Shown here one piece after another: positions 17,972-26,722 of a stretch of DNA of 64,000 nt. The DNA is from an uncultured Candidatus Saccharibacteria bacterium. GTDB taxonomy: Bacteria > Patescibacteriota > Minisyncoccia > Phycocordibacterales > CAIRYW01. Below the pieces are notes generated by a model. That model had not been told where the DNA came from and searched no databases. It saw nothing but the letters and a program-made list of their open reading frames with translations. How positions within the stretch are numbered: position 1 is the stretch's first letter; each line of letters begins with the position of its first letter. Made by a program: the position numbers and the translations under genes. Location: assembly GCA_964446625.1 (NCBI GenBank), contig CAYUPH010000005.1, forward strand, positions 1,432 to 65,431, written 5' to 3'.

Positions 17972-18871
17972 ATGCAAATTTTATATATTGGTCTTGGAAA
18001 AATGGGAAAAGGAATGGCTCTCCTTATGGGAGAAAAAGGTCACAATGTCTTTTGTTATAACCGAAGTGAACTTGGAAGAGCTGAGGCCGTAGAAGCAAGA
18101 CTCAAAGTGTATAGTACAATTCCTTCTCTTTTTGCTGCAGTTCCAGGAAAGAAAATTGTTTTTATTATGGTAAGTCACTCTGGTGTCGATGAAGTTCTTG
18201 CCGAGGTAGTGCCTTTACTTGTGCCAGGCGATATTGTAATCGATGGGGGAAATTGTTTTTATAAAGACAGTCAAAGAAGAGGTGAAATGCTCTTAGAGAA
18301 AAAAATCCACTTTTTGGATGTCGGAGTTTCAGGTGGTCCGGGAGGAGCAAGGAATGGTGCATGTCTTATGATTGGAGGACAGAAAGAAGTTTTTGAAGAA
18401 TTAGAGCCACTCTTTAAAGATATTTCGGATGGAGGAGTCGCGTACTCTTACCTAGGTTCAGTTGGGGCGGGACACTTCGCAAAAATGGTTCACAATGGTA
18501 TTGAGTACGGTATGATGCAGTCAATTGCAGAAGGGTTTAACATACTAAAAAACAGCGGGTTTGAGTACTCTCTTTCTGAGCTCGCAGACCTTTATCAAAA
18601 GAAAAGTGTGATTGAATCACGCCTTGTTGAGTGGCTTCGCGATGGTTTCAAAAAATACGGAGAGGACTTAGAAGGAATTTCTGGAGAAGTTTCGGCAAGT
18701 GGAGAAGGAGAGTGGACAGTTCAGACAGCTAAAGAAAAAAACCTACTCGCAGAGTCTATTGAGCTAGCTCTCAATTTTAGAACAAAAAGCAAAGGTAATC
18801 CTTCATTTGTTGGAAAACTTCTCTCAACAATGCGAACAATGTTTGGGGGTCACGATGTCAAAGAAAAATAA
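17972..18871 (+). CDS. gnd: 6-phosphogluconate dehydrogenase (decarboxylating), short about-300-aa form
   Basis: NAD(P)-binding IGLGKMGKGMA, catalytic-region motifs GVSGGPGGARNG and HFAKMVHNGIEYGMMQ. ATG at 17972 preferred over the track's TTG at 17954. Confidence 0.75.
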   Translation: MQILYIGLGKMGKGMALLMGEKGHNVFCYNRSELGRAEAVEARLKVYSTIPSLFAAVPGKKIVFIMVSHSGVDEVLAEVVPLLVPGDIVIDGGNCFYKDSQRRGEMLLEKKIHFLDVGVSGGPGGARNGACLMIGGQKEVFEELEPLFKDISDGGVAYSYLGSVGAGHFAKMVHNGIEYGMMQSIAEGFNILKNSGFEYSLSELADLYQKKSVIESRLVEWLRDGFKKYGEDLEGISGEVSASGEGEWTVQTAKEKNLLAESIELALNFRTKSKGNPSFVGKLLSTMRTMFGGHDVKEK

Positions 18872-19817
18872 TATGAAATATATTTATACTTTCAAAGAGC
18901 TTACAAAAAAAGATGCGCACATTGCTGGTGGAAAGGGTGCGTCTCTTGGAGAAATGACAAATGCAAAAATTCCTGTCCCAGGAGGTTTTGTGATTACGAG
19001 CGAGTCTTTTGAGTTTTTCTTGGCACAAAATGATCTGACACAAGAAATCGAATCTATTTTAAAAAAGGTAAACCACAAAGAAATGGAGTCGGTAGAGAGA
19101 GCAAGTGAGAGTATTAAGGAGCTGATTTTAAAAGCGTCTCTTCCAAAGGAAATGCAAAAGTCTATAAAAATAAACTTTAGTAAACTAAAAGCAAAGTTTG
19201 TTGCAGTGCGAAGTAGTGCCACTGCCGAAGATGGTGCTGAGCATGCGTGGGCAGGACAGCTCGATAGTTTTCTCAATACCACAAGTAAAAAGTTAGAAGA
19301 AAATATAAAGAGGTGTTTCGCGTCTCTTTTTACACCGAGGGCAATTTTTTATCGATTTGAAAAAGGTCTTGATAAATCGCACATATCGGTTGCCGTGGTT
19401 GTGCAAAAAATGATTCAAAGCGAAAAATCAGGAATTGCTTTTAGTGTACATCCAGTAACAGAAGACAGAAATCAAATGATTATCGAAGGTTCGTGGGGGC
19501 TCGGTGAAGCAATTGTATCGGGGCAGATTACTCCAGATTCGTATGTGGTTGAGAAAGATACAAACACAATTATTGATACAAATACCGCCGAAAAGTCCAA
19601 AGGACTTTTCGGCGACGGTAAAGGAAAAAATGTTTGGAAAACAATTCCAGGCAAAAAGGCAAACACAGAGTGTCTCTCGGGCAAAGAAGTGATTGCTCTA
19701 GGGGAAATCATAAAACAAATAGAAAAGCATTACGGATTTCCTTGTGATATCGAGTGGGCTTTTGAAAAGAAAAATTTTTTTATTACACAAAGTCGACCGA
19801 TTACGACGTTGAAGTAA
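18855..19817 (+). CDS. stand-alone PPDK_N-type ATP-grasp nucleotide-binding domain protein (PEP synthase / rifampin phosphotransferase N-terminal domain homolog)
   Basis: FKELTKKDAHIAGGKGASLGEMTNAKIPVPGGFVITSESF matches the PEP synthase/PPDK N-terminal ATP-binding domain. Ends after the ATP-grasp domain, with no swivel or TIM-barrel domain. Alternative start at ATG 18873 directly after the gnd stop. Confidence 0.7.
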   Translation: MSKKNNMKYIYTFKELTKKDAHIAGGKGASLGEMTNAKIPVPGGFVITSESFEFFLAQNDLTQEIESILKKVNHKEMESVERASESIKELILKASLPKEMQKSIKINFSKLKAKFVAVRSSATAEDGAEHAWAGQLDSFLNTTSKKLEENIKRCFASLFTPRAIFYRFEKGLDKSHISVAVVVQKMIQSEKSGIAFSVHPVTEDRNQMIIEGSWGLGEAIVSGQITPDSYVVEKDTNTIIDTNTAEKSKGLFGDGKGKNVWKTIPGKKANTECLSGKEVIALGEIIKQIEKHYGFPCDIEWAFEKKNFFITQSRPITTLK

Positions 19818-19872
19818 TTATTAGAGATGAAAAACTTATTTACGAACATTATTAATTCATAGAATACAAAAA

Positions 19873-20643
19873 ATGGAAGAATTTAATTTTGTAAGACATG
19901 GCTCAAAAATGAAAGCAGATGAAGTAAGGGTTCCAATTAAAGAATCTGGACTCAGTTCTTCACAACAAGAAAAGTGGAAGGAGGCGGTAGAGAGGCTTAA
20001 ACTTGAGGATCCAGAAATCAATTATGACTCTTTGGTGAAAATTGAAGCCCTCGCGCAAGATATATGTAGTCAATTACCAGAGAAGGCTTTACTCATATTT
20101 AACTCTACCAATACTCCTCGAACTAAATTAACCGCTGACTTTTTGTCCACTTCAGTTTTTGAAGAATCCAAAAAGCTAGGTAAAGATATTAGGGTGGCTT
20201 ATATATGGGAACCAAGTTTGAGGGCTAAAGAAGATGGTGCTCTTATGAGAACTTCAGAGAGTATTGGTATACCACTTATGTTAAGACTTATGGAGGAGGT
20301 GGAAGAAAATGATGATAAAAGTTTGCATATGTATTTAACTTCAGGTAAAGGTGCTTTTGCTCACCCGAAAGAGGATGAATTGGTAATGAAAGCTGTGAAC
20401 AGAGATTTGGCAAGCGAACCCTCATTTTTCAAAAACAGAGCAGCAGTGTTGAAAGGTCAAATGGATCGTATTAGAGAATCGTTTCCTGATAAAGATTTAC
20501 CACTTTATTTCTACGGGATAGGTCATCATGGAAGTCTAATAGCTCTAGATGTCGCATTTAATGGAAGAGAGAAGTATAGTTCTGTTGATGAGATACCACA
20601 ACCTCTTAGTGTATGGGGGGTAAACTTAAAAAATGAAAACTAA
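19873..20643 (+). CDS. histidine phosphatase superfamily (phosphoglycerate-mutase-like branch) protein
   Basis: N-terminal catalytic RHG motif (FNFVRHGSKM) and C-terminal GIGHHGSLIALD (second conserved His region). 256 aa. Confidence 0.5.
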   Translation: MEEFNFVRHGSKMKADEVRVPIKESGLSSSQQEKWKEAVERLKLEDPEINYDSLVKIEALAQDICSQLPEKALLIFNSTNTPRTKLTADFLSTSVFEESKKLGKDIRVAYIWEPSLRAKEDGALMRTSESIGIPLMLRLMEEVEENDDKSLHMYLTSGKGAFAHPKEDELVMKAVNRDLASEPSFFKNRAAVLKGQMDRIRESFPDKDLPLYFYGIGHHGSLIALDVAFNGREKYSSVDEIPQPLSVWGVNLKNEN

Positions 20644-21658
20644 GCTTATAAAATCATTCACTAGAGAATTTCCATTGATACATGTTCAAATGTGGGGCAA
20701 AAGATACGCTACAGAATTTTTTGGAGAAAAACTTCCGCATACTCCTATTTATGTTTATCTCTTAAAAGATGGGCTTGTTACTGCATACAGAAATCCTGCA
20801 GGGCAAGCTAGCATTGTAAATCCAATTATTAGGGCAAAACTCGATAGTGATCCGGATTATATTAAAAAGTTTGTAGATCAGAAATCTGAAGTCTTGGAGC
20901 GCTTGATTAAAATAAATGAAGCGAGTGAAGTGTCTCTTGAAGAATTTAAAAGTTACCTAAAAGATCTATTTGATTATTGGCAGATACATTATATTTCTCA
21001 ATTTTTACCATTAGATGAAGGAAGATTTACCAAGGAAGAACGAGATCATGCTCTTGCTCTTCGTAAAACTATAGATCAAGTTATCCATAACTCTTGGAAT
21101 TCAATAACCCCGATATTAAAAAGACTTTACCCAGACTTAGGTGAACTTGTTGCTTATATTGCATGGGATGAGCTTTTTGATTCAAAGATACCAAATATAT
21201 TAGAGTTGATGAAAAGAGAGGTTGAAGGTGTTCTTATTTATAATGGTGATATTGTGACTAAAGAAGAATTAAATGAATGGGAGGAGAAAGATAATTTTGA
21301 AGTCGAATGGGATAATGAAATTGTTGAAGAAAAAGAAATTGCTGGTCAGATTGCTTGCTCTGGTAAAGTGACCGGCAATGTAAGAATCATTTTAAAAAAA
21401 GACGACATGGTTAATTTTAAACATGGAGAAATTCTCATTTCGTATATGACAATGCCTGCTTTTATGCCTGCTATACTTAAAGCTACTGCCTTTATTACTG
21501 ACGAAGGAGGAATCACCTGTCACGCTGCAATAGTTGCCCGTGAGCTCAAAAAACCCTGTATAATTGGCACCAAAATCGCCACAAAGGTGCTGAAGGACGG
21601 GGATTTGGTAGAGGTAGATGCTGAGAAGGGAATTGTGAGAATAATTGAAAGGAAATGA
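20633..21658 (+). CDS. protein with unknown N-terminal domain (about 230 aa) and C-terminal PEP-utilising-enzyme mobile (phospho-His swivel) domain
   Basis: C-terminal [48 protein letters not shown] is the PEP-utilizers swivel-His signature (catalytic His in CHAAIVARE). Confidence 0.65.
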   Translation: MKTKLIKSFTREFPLIHVQMWGKRYATEFFGEKLPHTPIYVYLLKDGLVTAYRNPAGQASIVNPIIRAKLDSDPDYIKKFVDQKSEVLERLIKINEASEVSLEEFKSYLKDLFDYWQIHYISQFLPLDEGRFTKEERDHALALRKTIDQVIHNSWNSITPILKRLYPDLGELVAYIAWDELFDSKIPNILELMKREVEGVLIYNGDIVTKEELNEWEEKDNFEVEWDNEIVEEKEIAGQIACSGKVTGNVRIILKKDDMVNFKHGEILISYMTMPAFMPAILKATAFITDEGGITCHAAIVARELKKPCIIGTKIATKVLKDGDLVEVDAEKGIVRIIERK

Positions 21659-22761
21659 AAAAAAGCTTAGGCAAAGAAATATTCAATCCATACCAAGTTT
21701 CAATGACGGAATGGTATGCATCGCTTGGAAAGCAGAAAAAAGCTGAAGTGATTCGCTATGAAGACAATACAAAAGATGAGCGCCTAGAAGTGCTCTTTCA
21801 AACAATTGGACTAGAGTACGAAAGGCCAACAGATTTTGAAGCAACAGCGCTTCTCTCAAAGGATAAAGAGTTCGTTGCTTTTCTAAAGTCGAAAAAAAAC
21901 GAACTCTGTGCACTGAGACTTATTCCAAAAGAAAAGAACTTGCCAAAACTTCGTAGTCGGGGATTATCTGTAAATGATGTCTTTACAAAGTGGTTTCCAA
22001 AACAAAAGATAGATGCAAAAAAGTACATTGCTTCTTTTAGACCGCACGCGGGAACTTACCCACTTTCGATTATCTTGGTTGTAAATAAAAAAGGGATTTT
22101 TGGCCAGACAGTTGTGGGGCAACACGCACAGCTTTCTCAAGGTGAGACAAAAAGACAGACAACTGAGTTTGTCTACAAATTCGGTAAGTGGGAGTGGAGA
22201 AACAAAACAACAAAATCAGAGCGGGTAATAAAAGACATTGTAAAGAGTATTCAAGTTTTAGATTTGAGAAAACGACAAACTCTCTCAAAAAAAATAAACG
22301 CAAAATTTACTCACAATTTTCTGGAGGGGTACTACGAAGCTATTTTGTGGAAAGATGGGGTGATTCGATTTTCAGATTTTAATAGACTTTTGTATAAAGA
22401 TATTTCTCTGCCAAATTTAGATGAAAGAAAAGGATTAAGTGGAGTGTCAGTCTATAAAGGTAAGATAAAGGGAAGAGTGGGTATTATTTCCTCTCAAAAT
22501 ATACTTAAAAAAGCTTTTCAAAAAGGTTCTGTTTTGGTAACACAAAACACTGATGTTCGCTTCCTGCCTCTTATGAAAATCGCGAGTGCAATTTTGACAG
22601 ATAAAGGAGGACTCCTCTCCCACGCCGCAATCGTTGCCCGTGAGCTCAAAAAGCCATGTATAATTGGCACCAAAATCGCCACAAAGGTGCTGAAGGATGG
22701 GGATTTGGTAGAGGTGGATGCGGAGAAGGGGGTGGTGCGGGTTTTAAAAAGGAAGGAATAA
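21655..22761 (+). CDS. paralogous protein with a different N-terminal domain (about 260 aa) and the same C-terminal phospho-His swivel domain
   Basis: C-terminal [48 protein letters not shown]. The last ~110 nt are about 94% identical to the 3' end of the upstream gene. Confidence 0.65.
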   Translation: MKKSLGKEIFNPYQVSMTEWYASLGKQKKAEVIRYEDNTKDERLEVLFQTIGLEYERPTDFEATALLSKDKEFVAFLKSKKNELCALRLIPKEKNLPKLRSRGLSVNDVFTKWFPKQKIDAKKYIASFRPHAGTYPLSIILVVNKKGIFGQTVVGQHAQLSQGETKRQTTEFVYKFGKWEWRNKTTKSERVIKDIVKSIQVLDLRKRQTLSKKINAKFTHNFLEGYYEAILWKDGVIRFSDFNRLLYKDISLPNLDERKGLSGVSVYKGKIKGRVGIISSQNILKKAFQKGSVLVTQNTDVRFLPLMKIASAILTDKGGLLSHAAIVARELKKPCIIGTKIATKVLKDGDLVEVDAEKGVVRVLKRKE

Positions 22762-22765
22762 ATTG

Positions 22766-22774
22766 TGCTAAAAT
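22766..22774 (+). promoter_or_regulatory. extended -10 box TGCTAAAAT, 6 nt upstream of the helicase ATG
   Basis: ttgTGCTAAAATagcaccATG. Confidence 0.4.
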
Positions 22775-22780
22775 AGCACC

Positions 22781-24427
22781 ATGACGCAGGAAACCGCACT
22801 TAAAATCCTCAAAATGGGAGCAAATGTTTTCCTTACGGGAGAACCAGGAAGTGGAAAAACGTACACGATAAACAAATATATTTCTTATCTCAAAAAGCAT
22901 GGAGTCACTCCTTCTGTTACAGCTTCAACAGGGATTGCCGCGACACATATTGGCGGAATGACTATTCATTCGTGGAGTGGACTTGGAATAAAAAAAACTA
23001 TTGATGAGTACGAACTTGATGCGATATCCACAAAAAAGTATGTAAGCGATAGACTCCTTTCCGCAAAGGTTTTAATCATTGATGAGGTTTCAATGCTCTC
23101 TCCTGAAACACTTGAGTCTGTTCAGAAGATTGTTCAAGAAGTAAGAAAAAATTACAAACCTTTTGGAGGACTTCAAGTGATTTTGGTTGGAGACTTTTTT
23201 CAATTACCTCCTGTTTCAAAAGAAGGGGAAAGTCGATTTTTATTTGAGTCCGATGTGTGGAAAGAACTCGAGCTCGTGCCGTGCTACATAGAAGAACAAC
23301 ACAGACAGGATGATGATACTTTTCTAAATATTTTGAAAGGGATTAGAGGAGGCAAAATTCTAAAAAGCCATATTGAAAAACTAAAGGAGAGAATGGAGGA
23401 TGCTGAAGCTGAATTTCAAACAACTCGTCTTTTTACTCATAACGCAGATGTGGATCATGTAAATAGGGTGGAAATTAGAAAACTTGAAGCGGAACCTTTT
23501 ATTTTTCAAATGAAGAGTAAAGGAAAGGAGTCTTATGTAGAAGCATTAAAAAAAGGGTGCCTTTCGCCAGAGTCACTTGAATTAAAAGAAGGGGCGCTTG
23601 TTATGTTTACAAAAAATAATCCGGAAAAAGGTTTTCAAAATGGAACTCTTGGAGAGGTGGTGGGGTTTGAAGAAGAAACAGGTTTTCCTATTATAAAAGT
23701 AAAAGGAGGGCAAAGAATTGTTGCAGAGCCACACGATTGGTCAATTGAAGATGACTCAAAGATAAAGGCGACAATTAGCCAGGTGCCACTCCGCTTAGCG
23801 TGGGCAATTACAGTTCACAAAAGCCAGGGAATGACGTTTGATAGCGCCTATATGGACCTTTCCGGAGTGTTTGAATATGGTCAAGGGTATGTTGCTCTTT
23901 CTAGAGTACGCACCTTAAACGGACTTTTTCTTGGTGGAATGAATAAAAGAGTTTTTGAAGTTCATCCAAGCGTTTTTGCGAAAGACAAATACTTTAAAAG
24001 TGAGTCAGGAAAGGCGGAAGAAGAGATTTTGAAGATTCCAGAAGGTGAGATGAGAAAGATACACGAAAATTTTATTGTGTACCTTGGAGGCACAAAAGAA
24101 GAAGGGGAAGAAAAGAAAGAGTTTAGTACAGAAGAAAAAAGCCTTCAGCTTTTGAGACAAAACTTCTCTGTATCTAAAACAGCAAAGGAAAGAGGACTCA
24201 AAGTAGAGACAATTATTACCCATCTTGAAAAACTAAAAGAAAATGGAAAACTTGCTGATTTCCCAAAAGAGAAACTTTTGTCTGGAGCACTTCTTAAAAT
24301 AAAACAAAAAGTAAAGAAGGAGTTTGAAAAAAGTGGAGGTAGTCTTAAACCAGTTTTTGTAGCACTTGATGAAAAGGTCTCTTACGCAGACCTTAGGCTG
24401 ATTCGATTTGTTACTTGTGACGAATAA
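22781..24427 (+). CDS. Pif1/RecD-family ATP-dependent DNA helicase (AAA_30 + UvrD_C_2-like, C-terminal HTH)
   Basis: Walker A GEPGSGKTYTI, Walker B IIDEVSM, motif VHKSQGMTFD (SF1B). C-terminal FSVSKTAKERGLKVETIITHL helix-turn-helix. Confidence 0.7.
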   Translation: MTQETALKILKMGANVFLTGEPGSGKTYTINKYISYLKKHGVTPSVTASTGIAATHIGGMTIHSWSGLGIKKTIDEYELDAISTKKYVSDRLLSAKVLIIDEVSMLSPETLESVQKIVQEVRKNYKPFGGLQVILVGDFFQLPPVSKEGESRFLFESDVWKELELVPCYIEEQHRQDDDTFLNILKGIRGGKILKSHIEKLKERMEDAEAEFQTTRLFTHNADVDHVNRVEIRKLEAEPFIFQMKSKGKESYVEALKKGCLSPESLELKEGALVMFTKNNPEKGFQNGTLGEVVGFEEETGFPIIKVKGGQRIVAEPHDWSIEDDSKIKATISQVPLRLAWAITVHKSQGMTFDSAYMDLSGVFEYGQGYVALSRVRTLNGLFLGGMNKRVFEVHPSVFAKDKYFKSESGKAEEEILKIPEGEMRKIHENFIVYLGGTKEEGEEKKEFSTEEKSLQLLRQNFSVSKTAKERGLKVETIITHLEKLKENGKLADFPKEKLLSGALLKIKQKVKKEFEKSGGSLKPVFVALDEKVSYADLRLIRFVTCDE

Positions 24428-25439
24428 ATCTAAGAATTTTGTAAAGAAAGTAAGAGGCTTTTTTTAGAACAATATCGACGTTTCCCACGTATTCTTTTTC
24501 TGTGCCTCCGAATTGTTTTTTGAAGTATGTAAGGCTGTCCCACCTTTTTTCATCAATCCCTCCAATATCATAGACCTCAAACCCCAGCTCTTTTGCCCTA
24601 AGAATTGCTTTGTAGTGTATGAAAGCTGATGTTTTATGGCGCAGATACTGACTGTCAGATGCTCCGTAGATATATGTTGCTGTGTTTCCAAGGTAAAGCA
24701 CCATAACTACAGATACAAGCTTCTCCTCTACATAAGCAAACAAGTACTCAATAGAGAGGTTATCCTTCGAATGAAAGGATGAAAAAGAGGCCGTCATTGT
24801 CTCGAAGTAGTCACGAGGAGGGTATGCATTTTTCCCACCATTTCTCTCCATCGTATCAAGTGCCATTTTATAGAAAGCGTCACGTTCTTCCGTAGTAATT
24901 GTCGAACTTATCTTTGTTGTAACCCCCAATTTTTCTGCCTTCCGAATGTTTGCGCGGTTTGTTGGGTGGAAAGAAGACAAAATCTCTTCTTCGCTTCGTG
25001 TTAAATCTATACAAAGGTTTTTGCGCGGTTGAACATAGCGTTTTAAAATTTTAAACTTTTTGTCTATGCGTATATCTGGAGGGATTGGAGGCTCAGTGCG
25101 AAGGAAAATAACTTTTTTATTTGTCTTTTCAATCCAAAGTTTGAGGAGATGAAATACTTGGTGTACAGAGCTTTGGGTTTGGAGAACATCTTTTCGTAGT
25201 GCTGGTGTTCTTGGGCAATAAGCATATGAAAACCCAAGAGGAATTTCATAAAAGACGACAGTGACGAGGGCCACCACTTTCTTTTTTTCACTTATGACAA
25301 ACCTTTCGTAGTTTCTTCCGAGGTTTTTTTGAAACTCACCCCATTCATAACTTGCCATAAAGTTTCCTACTTCAGGATAGTTTTCAATAATAAAACTATT
25401 CCACTCGTCTTTTGAAAGGGTAGAAGGGGTAAGTTTCAT
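24411..25439 (-). CDS. FemAB-family (lipid II peptidyltransferase-like, GNAT fold) protein
   Basis: 342 aa. N-terminal WNSFI..NYPEVGNFMASYEWGEFQ and SFHPTNRANIRKAEK resemble PF02388. Assignment is from pattern, not searched. Confidence 0.55.
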   Translation of the reverse strand: MKLTPSTLSKDEWNSFIIENYPEVGNFMASYEWGEFQKNLGRNYERFVISEKKKVVALVTVVFYEIPLGFSYAYCPRTPALRKDVLQTQSSVHQVFHLLKLWIEKTNKKVIFLRTEPPIPPDIRIDKKFKILKRYVQPRKNLCIDLTRSEEEILSSFHPTNRANIRKAEKLGVTTKISSTITTEERDAFYKMALDTMERNGGKNAYPPRDYFETMTASFSSFHSKDNLSIEYLFAYVEEKLVSVVMVLYLGNTATYIYGASDSQYLRHKTSAFIHYKAILRAKELGFEVYDIGGIDEKRWDSLTYFKKQFGGTEKEYVGNVDIVLKKASYFLYKILRFIRHK

Positions 25440-25442
25440 GAG

Positions 25443-25997
25443 TTAAGGAAGTTTAGGAAGGGTCACAATACTTCCTTTTTTTATGTTGTGTGCGTCGGCA
25501 AAACCCTCATTAACTTCAAGGACAAATTGGGCAGGCGAAGATGGTTTATAGAGAACAGGATTTTTTCTATCAAATTCTTTTGAGGCACTCTTTGTTACAT
25601 CAACAACTTTTCCATCGTTTATCCAAATAATATCTATATTGAAATGCATGTCCGGCATCCAGAATTGATAGCGGGCGCTATGATCAAAAACAAAAAGCAT
25701 CCCTTTGTCTGCGTCTAAACTTTCGCGACCCGACAGTCCCCGTTTGATTTCTTCCATGTCGTCTTCAATTTCAACAGGAATAACAGTGCTTCCTACTTTC
25801 ATTTCAAAGAGGGGTGCCTCTGGGATTTCTTTTTCCTCCACTCCGCCCTGGACAGTTTTTGCTACCGCTTTTTCATTTTCTGGAGTTTTGTTACCAAAGT
25901 AGTTTTTTACCTCGTAGGCAATAGTGCCTACTCCCAGAAAAAAGACGCCAAAAGCAATGATTTTTAGAAAACTTTTGATTTTTGTATGTGTATCCAT
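25443..25997 (-). CDS. DUF192 (COG1430) domain protein with N-terminal membrane anchor
   Basis: GMLFVFD...ARYQFWMPDMHFNIDIIWINDGKVVD resembles the DUF192 core. Single N-terminal TM. Confidence 0.6.
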   Translation of the reverse strand: MDTHTKIKSFLKIIAFGVFFLGVGTIAYEVKNYFGNKTPENEKAVAKTVQGGVEEKEIPEAPLFEMKVGSTVIPVEIEDDMEEIKRGLSGRESLDADKGMLFVFDHSARYQFWMPDMHFNIDIIWINDGKVVDVTKSASKEFDRKNPVLYKPSSPAQFVLEVNEGFADAHNIKKGSIVTLPKLP

Positions 25998-26068
25998 TTC
26001 AGAATTATAACATTTTACAGGGCTTAAGTCAGAAGTGCTAACTGTGAAAAAAGGCGTATAATGAAAGG

Positions 26069-26710
26069 GTGGAAAACAAGAAAATTATTGATATTTCTCT
26101 TCCTGTAAAAACAGGGATGACAATTTACCCGGGGAATGCGCCGGTTTTAATTTCTTCTTGGCATTCGATACAAAAGGGAGATTCAAGCAATCTTTCACTC
26201 CTTTCTCTTGGGAGCCACACAGGTACGCACATAGACGCTCCGTTCCATGGGCATATGGAAGGGAAAACTCTGGGACAGATTCCACTTTCTGTCTTTGTAG
26301 GAAAATGTAAAGTTTTTGATTTTGAATCGTCTAAGGAGGCGGTGACACTTGAGGATATTAAGTCAAGACAAATTGAGAAAGGGGACAGAATACTTCTCCG
26401 GACTTCAAACTCAGTAAGAGGAATGGATACATTTTATGATGACTATGTTTATCTCTCAGGAGAGGCAGCGGAGTATTTGGCAGAGAAAGAAGTTGTACTT
26501 GTTGGAATTGACAGTTTGTCTATAAAGCAAAGAGGAAGCAAAGACAATAGGCCACACAGTGCTCTTTTGTCGAAGGATATTCCGATTATTGAGGGTTTAA
26601 ATCTAAAAGACGTTTCCTCTGGAGAATATGAACTGTACTGTCTTCCACTTTCAGTTGATATCGATGGAGCTCCTGCGAGAGTGGTGTTAATTGATAATAA
26701 TCTTAGATAG
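26069..26710 (+). CDS. cyclase family protein (kynurenine formamidase-like, PF04199)
   Basis: HTGTHIDAPFH matches HxGTHxDxPxH. GTG start 6 nt after a TATAAT box (leaderless). Confidence 0.65.
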   Translation: MENKKIIDISLPVKTGMTIYPGNAPVLISSWHSIQKGDSSNLSLLSLGSHTGTHIDAPFHGHMEGKTLGQIPLSVFVGKCKVFDFESSKEAVTLEDIKSRQIEKGDRILLRTSNSVRGMDTFYDDYVYLSGEAAEYLAEKEVVLVGIDSLSIKQRGSKDNRPHSALLSKDIPIIEGLNLKDVSSGEYELYCLPLSVDIDGAPARVVLIDNNLR

Positions 26711-26722
26711 TAGTCTACTTGA

